From positions 1,504,001 to 1,568,000 of the forward strand of contig AP038806.1 of the NCBI GenBank assembly GCA_047150005.1: a DNA stretch of 64,000 bases, written 5' to 3'. Positions within the stretch are counted from its first letter, which is position 1. Each line of letters begins with the position of its first letter. The notes beneath the pieces were generated by a model. The model was not told where the DNA came from. It ran no database searches and saw nothing but the letters and a program-made list of their open reading frames with translations. Source of the stretch: Nitrospira sp. (GTDB lineage Bacteria; Nitrospirota; Nitrospiria; Nitrospirales; Nitrospiraceae). The position numbers and the translations under genes were made by a program. Positions 49,365-58,425 of this stretch are shown here, piece after piece.

Positions 49365-50999
49365 ATGCTGAACGACCTCACCAGTTGGATCGATCGGAAC
49401 ATTCTGTCGCTCGGACGCGAGATGCGGCTGTCCTATCTGCCGCCGCTGATGGTCTACGTGGCTTACGGGATTTCCGGCCTGACCGGTATCGTCGGTACCT
49501 TTTTCGTTAAAGACTATCTAGGCCTCTCCGCGTCGTTTCTTGCCGCGCTCGGCTTTTGGGCCGGCATTCCCTGGGCGCTGAAAATGCCCATCGGCCACAC
49601 CGTCGATCTGCTCTGGCGCTGGAAAAGCTGGTTGGTCGGCTTGGGCGCGGGACTGCTGGCCGTCAGCCTCGGTATCATGGCGGCGCTGATCGGCAGTCGT
49701 GAGTCGATGACCGCCATCCTGTCGGCAGAAGTCTGGTTCATCATCAGCGCGCTCCTCGCCCCGATCGGCTACGTCATTCAGGATGCGGTGGCGGACGCCA
49801 TGACGGTCGAGGCGGTGCCGCGTGTCAACGAGCAGGGTCAGCCGTTCGACGAGTCGCAACGCAAACTCATGCACACCACGATGCAGACGCTCGGACGTGT
49901 GGCGATCATCGGTGGCGGCGTCATCGTGGCGCTAATCAACGTCTACATATTCAGTGGGACGGAGGCCCTGCCTCAAACAGAGCTCGTTCGGCTGTACCAA
50001 CAGGTCTATCTCATGGCGCTGGTCATTCCTTTCGTCTCCGTCCTTGGCGTGGGGTTCGCCTGGCGGCTGCAACGGCGACACAAGCAGCAGCTCATCTCGG
50101 AGGGATTCTCGCGCGAGCAGGCGAAACAGATGGTACAGGCTCGGGACGGTCAGGCTGAACCGACCGAACCCAACTGGTGGATTCTCGGCGGGAGCCTGGC
50201 CTTCGCGCTGTTTACGCTCACGGTGGGCCTCGGCGGATTCCCGTACAGCGAAGAGATCGTCTTTGTCGGTTCGATGGCGATTGTGCTCTTCCTGATGGCG
50301 AAGCTGGTGCGTGAACTGGAGCCGGACAAGCGCTTCACCTTAGTGGGCACGGCGGTCGTCGTGTTTATTTTCCGGGCCATCCCAGGCACCGGCCCAGGCA
50401 CGACCTGGTGGATGATCGACGAGCTGAAGTTCGACCAGCAGTTTCTCTCGGTGCTGTCGCTGATCGGGAGCACCCTGACGCTGGCCGGCCTGTTCGTGTT
50501 CCGCCGGTTCATGGCCGAGCGGTCGATCGCCTATGTCGTCGGCTTTCTCACGGCGATCGGGACCCTGCTCTCGTTGCCGGTCGTCAGCATGTATTACGGG
50601 CTGCATGAATGGACGGCCAGGATGACGGGAGGAATCGTCGACGCGCGTTTCATCGCCTTGATCGACACGGCGCTGGAATCGCCGCTCGGCCAGATTTCCA
50701 TGATTCCGATGCTGGCCTGGATCGCCAACTCGGCCCCGGCCGATTTGAAAGCCACGTTTTTTGCCGTCATGGCGTCGTTCACCAATCTCGCGCTGTCCCT
50801 GAGCCAGCTTGGGACGCAGTACCTGAACGATATCTTCGTGGTGACGAGGGAAGTGCGGGATCAGGCGTCCGGCGCGCTTCAGACCCCGGCTGACTACAGC
50901 CAGCTCGGCGATCTGTTGATCTGGCAATTGGTGCTTGGATTGGCGCTGCCCTTCGCCGCAATCGCGTTCGCGAGAATTACCCGCTTTAAGAGCGCCTGA
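49365..50999 (+). CDS. BT1/folate-biopterin-like MFS transporter
   Basis: PWALKMP.G..D, QDAVADA..VE, about 12 hydrophobic segments. Confidence 0.7.
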   Translation: MLNDLTSWIDRNILSLGREMRLSYLPPLMVYVAYGISGLTGIVGTFFVKDYLGLSASFLAALGFWAGIPWALKMPIGHTVDLLWRWKSWLVGLGAGLLAVSLGIMAALIGSRESMTAILSAEVWFIISALLAPIGYVIQDAVADAMTVEAVPRVNEQGQPFDESQRKLMHTTMQTLGRVAIIGGGVIVALINVYIFSGTEALPQTELVRLYQQVYLMALVIPFVSVLGVGFAWRLQRRHKQQLISEGFSREQAKQMVQARDGQAEPTEPNWWILGGSLAFALFTLTVGLGGFPYSEEIVFVGSMAIVLFLMAKLVRELEPDKRFTLVGTAVVVFIFRAIPGTGPGTTWWMIDELKFDQQFLSVLSLIGSTLTLAGLFVFRRFMAERSIAYVVGFLTAIGTLLSLPVVSMYYGLHEWTARMTGGIVDARFIALIDTALESPLGQISMIPMLAWIANSAPADLKATFFAVMASFTNLALSLSQLGTQYLNDIFVVTREVRDQASGALQTPADYSQLGDLLIWQLVLGLALPFAAIAFARITRFKSA

Positions 51000-51017
51000 C
51001 CTGAACGGGATGGTCGC

Positions 51018-51977
51018 ATGAGCGCAGTACAGTTTTTAGTCGACCACGGCGCGTCGGTCTTGTTCTGGGTCGTCTTTGTCGAACAGCTGGGCCTCCCCAT
51101 CCCGGTCATTCCCCTCTTGATCGCCGCCGGCGCCTTGGTCGGGGCCGGAAAAATGAGCGTGGCCACGGCCATCGTGATACCCGTCGCGGCGTCGCTGCTG
51201 CCCGACCTGGCCTGGTACTACGTGGGACGGATCAAGGGTGGAAAAGTACTGGGGATCCTCTGCCGGGTATCCCTTGAACCGGAATCTTGCGTGAGGAGCG
51301 CAGAAAACCTCTTCCATCAGCACGGAGCCCGTTCGCTGCTGGTGGCGAAGTTCATTCCCGGCTTCAGCACCGTCGTTCGCCCCTTGGCCGGGATCGTGGG
51401 GATGAGCGCAGGCACCTTCCTCTTCTATGACACGGTCGGCGCCGTGGTCTGGGCTGGTGTGAGCGCGGGAATCGGCGCGCTCTTCAGCAATCAGTTGGAA
51501 CAGCTCGCCGGTCTCTTCGATCAAGCGGGCGGGGTGCTCTTGGCCACCGCCTTCCTCGGTCTTGCGGGATTCGTCGGGTACAAGTTCCATCACCGGCGGA
51601 AATTCATGCGTGGCCTCCGGATGTCGAAAATCTCCGTCGATGAGCTCAAACAGCGGCTGGACGCAGGAGAGCCGATCGCGGTCGTCGACGTCCGGCATCA
51701 ATTGTCCCTTGAAATGGACCCGGAAACCATTCCCGGCGCACTCAACCTCCTTCTGGAGGAAGTCGATCGCCGTCACCATGAGATTCCGCGCGACCGGGAC
51801 ATCGTGTTGTATTGCACCTGCCCGAACGAAGTATCCAGCGCTCGCACCGCGCTGCTGCTGAAAAGGAAGGGCATTCATCGAGTTCGCCCGCTCGAAGGCG
51901 GCCTCGACGCCTGGCGCGAGCGGAAATTTCTGGTCGAACGGTGGATGAGTGGGAAGCATGGAACCGATCCTCATTGA
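51018..51977 (+). CDS. DedA/VTT plus rhodanese fusion
   Basis: EQLGLPIP, AKFIPG, LYCTCP, LEGGLDAW; paralog of 27765..28721. Confidence 0.88.
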   Translation: MSAVQFLVDHGASVLFWVVFVEQLGLPIPVIPLLIAAGALVGAGKMSVATAIVIPVAASLLPDLAWYYVGRIKGGKVLGILCRVSLEPESCVRSAENLFHQHGARSLLVAKFIPGFSTVVRPLAGIVGMSAGTFLFYDTVGAVVWAGVSAGIGALFSNQLEQLAGLFDQAGGVLLATAFLGLAGFVGYKFHHRRKFMRGLRMSKISVDELKQRLDAGEPIAVVDVRHQLSLEMDPETIPGALNLLLEEVDRRHHEIPRDRDIVLYCTCPNEVSSARTALLLKRKGIHRVRPLEGGLDAWRERKFLVERWMSGKHGTDPH

Positions 51978-52003
51978 CAGCCTGAATCATGCGGACCTAT
52001 AGT
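51974..52003 (+). promoter_or_regulatory. Sigma70 promoter of toxin-antitoxin pair
   Basis: TTGACA(51974-51979)-18 bp-TATAGT(51998-52003). Confidence 0.65.
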
Positions 52004-52038
52004 GAATTGGCTGATCGTCCTCTGAAAGGGCTCCTTTG

Positions 52039-52287
52039 ATGGCTGTTGTGAAAGTGAAATCTCACTACCAGGTGACGCTCCCGCCGCAAATTCGTGCCAA
52101 GGCTGGCGTGGCTGTGGGAGATCTCTTTGAGGCGAAGGTCGAAGGGAGAACGATTACCTTGATCCCGAAGCGTCTGATCGATCGTGAGCTGACGTTGGCT
52201 CTCAACGAGGTCAAACGCAGTCGTGTCAAGGGGCCCTTTCCTACCTCCCAGGCGACGATTCGTGCTCTCCGCCGCCGGACTGCATGA
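52039..52287 (+). CDS. AbrB/MazE-type antitoxin
   Basis: YQVTLPPQIR...G..VGD swapped-hairpin motif. Confidence 0.85.
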   Translation: MAVVKVKSHYQVTLPPQIRAKAGVAVGDLFEAKVEGRTITLIPKRLIDRELTLALNEVKRSRVKGPFPTSQATIRALRRRTA

Positions 52288-52528
52288 CGGCGTCCTTCAC
52301 GCCCGATTTCGTAAACAGTATCAGAAACTTCCAGAAGAGCGTAAAGCCAAGTTCGACAAGCAACTGGCCTTCCTCCTCTCCACCCTCCGACACCCGTCGC
52401 TGCGGGCCAAGAAGTATGATGAGGTGAATGATATCTGGCAGGCACGGGTGGACGACAACTATCGGTTTTATTTTCAGATTGACGGCGACACGTACATACT
52501 CTTGTCGATCATTCCTCATCCCAAGTAA
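52284..52528 (+). pseudogene. RelE/ParE-like toxin with a 1-bp frameshift
   Basis: ATG overlaps the antitoxin stop; MTASFTP is out of frame with RFRKQYQKL...HPSLRAKK...WQARV...YRFYF; one extra base at CCC 52302-52304 restores an 81-aa ORF. Confidence 0.75.
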
Positions 52529-52621
52529 TTGATGGTCTGCTTTTTGCCGCCCGGATTGGCTCCGTCCTTGGCATCCCCTTGATCCGTGCGGTAAGATGAG
52601 CATCTAAAGAAGCACGTCTCT

Positions 52622-52692
52622 CGTGAAACGTGAAGTGTATCTCGCGTGCAATGAGGTCGCTTGCGCTTCACGAACGACGATTGACGAACGAC
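52622..52692. repeat. Degenerate short-unit repeat tract (CGTGAA / ACGAACG)
   Basis: CGTGAAACGTGAAG...CTTCACGAACGACGATTGACGAACGAC with partial inverted complementarity. Confidence 0.5.
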
Positions 52693-52702
52693 CAACTGAA
52701 AG

Positions 52703-53048
52703 GGGGGCGACCGGTTTCGACGGGGATACTGACGCCATCGGTGCATGTCGAGCTCTCGGGGACTCGTACAACTCCGGGAAAATGCAACTGCCAATCAAGA
52801 ACTGGCACTCGCGGCTTAAGCCGTGACGTCTCTCCACCTGAGGCCCGCGGGGGTGGACGGGGCGCGATGCAGCGGGCTGGTCCAAGGCCGGTGCTCAGCG
52901 GCTGAGGACGAGAACTTTCTGGGCTAGCGGCCATTCTAAGCCAGCCGATGGGCGTGGGTGGTTGCGAAACTCAAACTATCGGCTACACATGTAGATCCGG
53001 TGTGCCGACGATCTTCGGACAGGGGTTCAACTCCCCTCGCCTCCACCA
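52703..53048 (+). ncRNA. ssrA: tmRNA
   Basis: 5' GGGGGCG..TTCGAC; 3' T-arm GGTTCAACTCC and CGCCTCCACCA; G3-U70-type pair; tag reading frame ANQELALAA* at 52790-52819. Confidence 0.97.
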
Positions 53049-53059
53049 AACCGCACTTC

Positions 53060-53273
53060 GTGCGTTCCGGCGGCTCTTCATTGCTTTATCGTGATGGGCG
53101 CGGGCGGATAAACACCTTTAATATCCGCTTCTCATCTTGTATACCGGCGCCTATCTATTGTCTTATCGTGATGAACGGCGCCGGATAAAACCCCAAGGTG
53201 ATTGTTCTTTGTGTGCGTGCCGCCCGCTCTTCATCGTCTTATTCGTGATTGAGGCGGGCGGATAAACACCTTT
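53060..53273. repeat. Three degenerate ~60-bp hairpin units with 77-bp period
   Basis: GGATAAA at 53106, 53183 and 53260; GCGGGCGGATAAACACCTTT identical at 53100-53119 and 53254-53273. Confidence 0.8.
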
Positions 53274-53495
53274 GGACGGACCACTGGTGGACCCAGGTCG
53301 AAGCGGTCGGTCAAATAGATTGGGAGCGCAAGGCAACAACTGGCATGACGTTGGAGTTTGAGACAGGCTATCGGTTCACGAAGGATTGGGGAGTCTGGCT
53401 CAGGCCTGAGGTCGGGCTCTGGGGACAGAGCCTTCCTGGCGCCTATGATTTGGAATATCGAAGTCGGCATCCGGCGCATGTTCGCATGGTTCTGA
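53273..53495 (+). pseudogene. 5'-truncated, frameshifted outer-membrane beta-barrel C-terminal fragment
   Basis: Amphipathic aromatic strands WWTQVE..QIDW..TLEFETGYRF..WGVWLRP; with a 1-nt shift it ends WNIEVGIRRMFAWF*. Confidence 0.55.
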
Positions 53496-53537
53496 GGCCG
53501 TTCACGACATCGAAACCGGGGGTCAAGGACTCTTCAA

Positions 53538-54008
53538 TTACGGCTCGTTTACGTATCGAATGGCCGTTCCGGACAAATACTCGGTGAATCTCGTCTCATC
53601 GGTTGGGCTTTGCGCGAAGCTCCAGCGGTCATAATAGAAAGGCCACCATCCTCCGCTACTTCCTCCCGCTGGTCCCATGGTGGATTGGGGAGCCGATCCC
53701 GTCCCGACGCTTTCCAACACGTCCGATTTCCCCATGATCACCGCGTCCGCTCCGAGCGTAGCCGCACGGGCCAGAATCTTTTCTCTCATCTCGTCTTCAT
53801 CCGCGCTCTGACTCGTCGCAATGATTCGGGCCAACTTCACGTGAGGAGTCTCCGGCTCGGATTCCAGCCACTGCAATGGCTCATGATTCTTCTTCGGAGG
53901 GTACACTTCGTGGGTCAATGGCTCGACACGCACCGACACGCAGGCAGTCAATGAGGAGAGAAGAAACAGGATCGCCCCGTACAGGACAAGACGGCGTTGA
54001 ATGTTCAT
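53538..54008 (-). CDS. Lipoprotein of unknown function
   Basis: LTAC lipobox; AATLGADAVI and SGTAIRY resemble YbjQ-like proteins. Confidence 0.8.
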   Translation of the reverse strand: MNIQRRLVLYGAILFLLSSLTACVSVRVEPLTHEVYPPKKNHEPLQWLESEPETPHVKLARIIATSQSADEDEMREKILARAATLGADAVIMGKSDVLESVGTGSAPQSTMGPAGGSSGGWWPFYYDRWSFAQSPTDETRFTEYLSGTAIRYVNEP

Positions 54009-54232
54009 GCTGGGCCACACATTGCCAAACTCAGCTACGGTAGTTGTACTACGTGGTCCGTCCCTCTTGGTACCTCCCTGTAGGCACTCCCCTACAAATT
54101 TGGTTAAAAGGCGTTCATTTTCGCAGGGATTCGCTCTCGGGCCTAGATTTATTGTCGGTCCTTTCGGTACCCTGAAGGAGTCAGACTTGTTCCGGCTGAT
54201 CGGCCGGAAAAAAGAACGACCCGGATCACACG

Positions 54233-55375
54233 ATGAGAATAACGGCGGCCGTCATGCTGACGGCGGTGCTCTCAATCGCCTTAACGACGGCCGTGCCGGC
54301 ACCGGCCAACGAACCTGTGACTCCAAAATCGGAAGGAGCTCAAGCGCCTCCTTCCGCGCCGGCACCTCCAAAACCTAAACCGCCGGAGGGCGAAGTCAAA
54401 CAGCCTGCCGCGAAGCCGCCGGTTCCCACCGACACGAACGGCAAAGAAGCGACTCAGGCAAAGCCGGAAGCCGGTCCGGCGAAACCGGAATCCATACCGG
54501 CTCCTGCTCCGGCGCCTGCCCCAGCGCCAGCACCAGCCGCTCCGGCGCCGGCGAAACCGAAGGCTGCAGAAAGCGAGCCCAAGCCCCCGGTCAAATCCCC
54601 CCCTGCAGCTAACGGATCGACACCGTCTACCTCCAAACAGGTCCCTGCACCACCGCTCTCGGCTGAGATCGCGGGCAAAGACGGAGCGCCGATGGTCCTG
54701 ATCGCTGCCGGCGAGTTCGCGATGGGCAGCGACAAGGGCGATGACGACGAACAACCGATCCACCGAGTCTTCATCGACAGCTTTTACATCGACAAGTTCG
54801 AGGTCACCAACGGGCGCTTCGCCAAGTTCGTCGAAGCCATTCAGATCGAACCGCCGTGGGGATTCAAGGACAAGGAGACGCCGGTCCTGCATATCGATCG
54901 ACCGGTCCGGTGGGTCAACTGGATGGATGCGATGGGCTACTGTCTCTGGGCCGGCAAACGGTTGCCGACTGAAGCGGAATGGGAGAAGGCCGCCCGTGGG
55001 ACCGACGGCCGAATGTACCCCTGGGGCAATGACGCGCCGACCCCGGCCCATGCCGTCTTCGGATTGAAGGAAGGGGCCGACACGGTCTCGGCGATCGGAA
55101 ACAGGGACAAGGGAAAGAGCCCCTACGGGGTCCACGATATGGCGGGCAATCTCTACGAGTGGACGATCGATTGGTATGACGAGCAATTCTATTCCAAGAA
55201 TCCCGCCATCAACCCGCGGGGTCCGGCAGAAGGTGCAGCGAAAGTGCAACGAGGAGGGTCGTACACCAATGCACCCTATCGCCTGCGCTCGACGTTCCGC
55301 ACGAAGGGAGACCCGACGGAACACGACCCCAACGTCGGCTTCCGCTGCGCGCAAGACATTCCCGCCCAGCCCTAA
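54233..55375 (+). CDS. Exported FGE-sulfatase (SUMF1-fold) protein with Pro/Ala-rich linker
   Basis: EVTN, RLPTEAEWEKAARG, DMAGN..EW, RGGS, GFRC; (PA)n tract. Confidence 0.9.
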   Translation: MRITAAVMLTAVLSIALTTAVPAPANEPVTPKSEGAQAPPSAPAPPKPKPPEGEVKQPAAKPPVPTDTNGKEATQAKPEAGPAKPESIPAPAPAPAPAPAPAAPAPAKPKAAESEPKPPVKSPPAANGSTPSTSKQVPAPPLSAEIAGKDGAPMVLIAAGEFAMGSDKGDDDEQPIHRVFIDSFYIDKFEVTNGRFAKFVEAIQIEPPWGFKDKETPVLHIDRPVRWVNWMDAMGYCLWAGKRLPTEAEWEKAARGTDGRMYPWGNDAPTPAHAVFGLKEGADTVSAIGNRDKGKSPYGVHDMAGNLYEWTIDWYDEQFYSKNPAINPRGPAEGAAKVQRGGSYTNAPYRLRSTFRTKGDPTEHDPNVGFRCAQDIPAQP

Positions 55376-55572
55376 CCCGCTGCGACAAGCCTGGCCGTCA
55401 AGTCTATGGCCAAGAAGCTCTCCGCCGCTCCTCCCGCTTGGGTGCCCAGCATCGGGCCGAGCCGTCACGTTCTGTCCCCACCGCGGGGACGGCTGAAGTA
55501 CAATGGAGTTTTGAGACGGCGCGCGACGATGCGCGGTCCGTTCAGGCCGCGCTTTCCGGCCAGGAGATACCC

Positions 55573-56391
55573 ATGAAGCTCCATCGCGTCAAGGTCGGCT
55601 CTCGCTTGGACTTGAACACCTGTGATCCCGACGATACAGGACCCTACAGGAAGCATGACGACGACAAGGCCGCGGCCAAGGCGGAGACGCGACGGCTGAT
55701 TCGAAAGCTCAGTCGGCTGCAGGAGCGGCTCTATGCCAATAGGAAGCGTGCTCTCTTGATCATCCTCCAGGGTATGGACACCAGCGGAAAGGACGGCACG
55801 ATCCGGAGCGTGATGTCGGGCGTGAACCCGCAAGGCTGCAAGGTCGTGTCCTTCAAGTCCCCCTCTTCCAAAGAGCTCGCCCAGGACTTCCTTTGGCGCG
55901 TGCACCAGGAAGTGCCGGCGAAAGGCTACATTGGGATCTTCAACCGGTCTCATTACGAGGACGTCCTGATCACACGCGTGCACGGCCTGGTGTCTGAACG
56001 GGAGGTCAAGCGGCGGTTCACGCAGATTCAAGAGTTTGAAAATCTGCTGAGCGACAACGGCACGACCATCCTGAAATTGTTCCTCCACATTTCGAAGGAC
56101 GAACAGAAAGAACGGCTGGAGGCGAGGATTCGAAACCCGGAGAAGCGGTGGAAGTGGGACTCGGGCGACATCGAGGAGCGGAAACTCTGGAGCGACTACA
56201 TGAAAGCGTTCGAGGACGTGATGTCCGCCACGAGCACGGACAGCGCGCCCTGGTACATCGTGCCGGCGAACCGGAAATGGTACCGGAATCTGGTGGTTGC
56301 CGACCGCGTCGTCCGGGCAGTGGAAGACATGAAGCTCGGGACTCCGCCGGCCGCAACTGATGTGGACTGGGACCGGTTGAAGATCGGCTAG
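55573..56391 (+). CDS. ppk2: Polyphosphate kinase 2 family protein
   Basis: QGMDTSGKDG Walker A, FNRSHYE. Confidence 0.92.
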   Translation: MKLHRVKVGSRLDLNTCDPDDTGPYRKHDDDKAAAKAETRRLIRKLSRLQERLYANRKRALLIILQGMDTSGKDGTIRSVMSGVNPQGCKVVSFKSPSSKELAQDFLWRVHQEVPAKGYIGIFNRSHYEDVLITRVHGLVSEREVKRRFTQIQEFENLLSDNGTTILKLFLHISKDEQKERLEARIRNPEKRWKWDSGDIEERKLWSDYMKAFEDVMSATSTDSAPWYIVPANRKWYRNLVVADRVVRAVEDMKLGTPPAATDVDWDRLKIG

Positions 56392-56484
56392 CACGGCCGT
56401 ACGTGATCCCGAGAGATGCTTTTCCATCCTCACGGGGGTAGACTCATGAACCAGGTCTGCGTATCCGGTCCACAAGGAGGTCGC

Positions 56485-57309
56485 ATGCGTCTGGTCGTCA
56501 CCGTGCTCGTCTCCGCAATGGTTGCCGCCTGCTTGTCGGTGAAACCGGCTTCGGCCGGGGATTTCGAAGGCGTCCTTCACATGACCACGACGCATGGCGA
56601 TGAACAGCCGGCGAAGATGGACTGGATGATCAAGGGTGACAAGGCTCGGATCGAACGCACTCGAGCTGACGGCAGGATGCATGTCATGATTCTCGACTCC
56701 AAGGCCAAGACGATGCTCATCCTGTTTCCGGAACGGCAAGCCTATACGGAGATCAGTCTCGGCGGGGAGCATAGCGAACGCATCAGCAAGGCCATGGAGG
56801 ACTACGAGGTGGAGCGCACGGGGAAGACCGACAAGGTCGCCGGTCGCTCCTGCGAAATCTGGCGCGTGAAGGAGAAGGACGAGGACAAGGAGAAGCACGA
56901 AATCTGTGTCGCGAAGGGGTTTGGACGGACGGCAAGCTTCTGGATGGAGCCCATGAAGAAGCAACCGCCCTGGGTCACGCGGCTCATCAACGAGGGGGGA
57001 TTCGGGCTGCGCTCGATCCGATACGACAGCACCGGAGCGGTGGCCACCCGTACGGAAGTGACCGGCATCGAAGCGAAGTCGATGGACGTCGCGCTGTTCG
57101 CCGCGCCCGCCGGATATCAGAAGATGGACCGTGGCGCCATGATGGGGGCCATGGGAGGCGAAGATGTTCAGAAGCGCATGGAGGAGATGAAAAAGCGCAG
57201 AGCGGGAACAGACGGAGCCTCGACCGGAGGAACCAGGCCCGACATGTCCGAGATGATGAAGCAATTCCGCGAACGGATGAAGAAACAGCAACAGGAAGGC
57301 GGTCAATAG
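56485..57309 (+). CDS. Exported DUF4412-like protein
   Basis: Signal peptide, FEGV, TGKTDKVAGRSCE, F.APAGY. Confidence 0.75.
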   Translation: MRLVVTVLVSAMVAACLSVKPASAGDFEGVLHMTTTHGDEQPAKMDWMIKGDKARIERTRADGRMHVMILDSKAKTMLILFPERQAYTEISLGGEHSERISKAMEDYEVERTGKTDKVAGRSCEIWRVKEKDEDKEKHEICVAKGFGRTASFWMEPMKKQPPWVTRLINEGGFGLRSIRYDSTGAVATRTEVTGIEAKSMDVALFAAPAGYQKMDRGAMMGAMGGEDVQKRMEEMKKRRAGTDGASTGGTRPDMSEMMKQFRERMKKQQQEGGQ

Positions 57310-57340
57310 AGTGCGCGTCTCCACGAGAAAGGACCCGACC

Positions 57341-57988
57341 ATGAAAACCGCCACGATCGCGATGTGGGTCATGCTCTGGTGCGGACAGGCGGTGCCATCG
57401 TTCGCCGCGCCGTTTGAAGGCGTCATCACGCTCAAGGAAACCTCCGGCGATGAGACGGAGACCAGGACGTTTTATTTCAAGGGAGAGAAAATGCGGATCG
57501 ACGACGGCGACGCGGGGTTCAGCGTCTGGGATGCCAAGAAGAAGGACGGCTTCTTCGTCGATCGTGACGACCAGACGTACACGATCGTGACCTGGTCGGA
57601 TTTGGGTGTCGCGGATGCCAAATCGGTCCTGGACGACATGACCGTCACCAAAACTGGAAAGAATGGGAAGATTGCAGGCTACTCCTGTGAGGGCTATGTC
57701 GCCAAAGACAAGTCGGACGGCAGCATGAGCGAGCTGTGCATCGCTAAGGGGCTCAGCAATGCGGCCCTGTACGGGGTCCTTGCCGACGATGCTTCGACCC
57801 GCGGCGGATATCCGTCCTGGTTTCGCGATCTCCTCAAAGATGGGGGATTCCCGCTCCGGCAGATCGACTACGACGAGACGGGCAAAGAGGAATCTCGATC
57901 CGAGGTGACGAAAATCGATGCGAAGCGGCTGGACGACGGGCTGTTTCACCCTCCGGCCGGTTTCAAAAGGTTGGAGCTTCGGAAATGA
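57341..57988 (+). CDS. Exported DUF4412-like protein (tandem paralog)
   Basis: Signal peptide, FEGV, TGK..KIAGYSCE, F.PPAGF. Confidence 0.75.
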   Translation: MKTATIAMWVMLWCGQAVPSFAAPFEGVITLKETSGDETETRTFYFKGEKMRIDDGDAGFSVWDAKKKDGFFVDRDDQTYTIVTWSDLGVADAKSVLDDMTVTKTGKNGKIAGYSCEGYVAKDKSDGSMSELCIAKGLSNAALYGVLADDASTRGGYPSWFRDLLKDGGFPLRQIDYDETGKEESRSEVTKIDAKRLDDGLFHPPAGFKRLELRK

Positions 57989-58055
57989 ACAGGTCCTGGA
58001 AACAATGGCATGCCTTATGCCTTGAGCACGAGACTCAAAAAAGTGGAATGGGTCA

Positions 58056-58084
58056 TTGACATCGTTTTCTAATGGGCGTAGGAA
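58056..58084 (+). promoter_or_regulatory. Sigma70-like promoter upstream of putative ncRNA
   Basis: TTGACA(58056-58061)-17 bp-TAGGAA(58079-58084); predicted start near 58091. Confidence 0.55.
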
Positions 58085-58090
58085 AAAATC

Positions 58091-58425
58091 GCGGCCCGAA
58101 CGCTTACGAAGGTCGAGAGATCGAACAGACCGCGCGGCTGTTACCCAGGTCTCTCGTGGACCTCACAAGAGAGGAGGGTGGATATGGACGACGCGACTCC
58201 ACCTGGCCCGTCAGGCCCGCCAATGCAAGGGCGGGCTTCTCGTCGGTCGTGTTAGTCGGTTCTCCGCTGGCTGTGCCGTATGGGCACCAAAGACCAACCG
58301 GGTGTGAGCCTGACTCATTCCGGAGAGCCGATCGAAACACGAGGAACCCAAGCGCCTGGGATTGACACAGTCTCCCCCGACTGGAAGTTTGCATCACCTA
58401 ACATCGCGCGGGTCGTGCGGGCCGC
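58091..58425 (+). ncRNA. Putative large structured non-coding RNA of unrecognised family
   Basis: End-to-end pairing, many nested helices, G-U pairs favouring the + strand, two pseudoknot candidates, no credible ORF. Confidence 0.65.

Noticed and set aside
52223..52528. Intact 101-aa toxin as given by the ORF track
   Set aside because: Its start lies well inside the antitoxin with no RBS; a frameshift from ATG 52284 is more parsimonious.
53060..53273. CRISPR array (GGATAAAC resembles type I-E repeat ends)
   Set aside because: Units are ~60 bp and divergent, linkers are under 20 bp, and no cas genes are present; kept as an unexplained repeat.
54233..55375. Diversity-generating retroelement target (FGE/CLec fold)
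   Set aside because: No reverse transcriptase and no template repeat matching the 3' end was seen in the window.
58056..58397. Three short overlapping ORFs across the putative ncRNA
   Set aside because: No motifs or convincing RBS, and they overlap each other; dense base-pairing explains the region better.
58091..58425. RNase P, SRP, 6S, group I/II intron or cobalamin/Moco riboswitch identity
   Set aside because: Hallmarks such as GAGGAAAGUCC, the SRP helix-8 motif, domain V and the B12 box were not found by eye, and there is no downstream gene for cis control.
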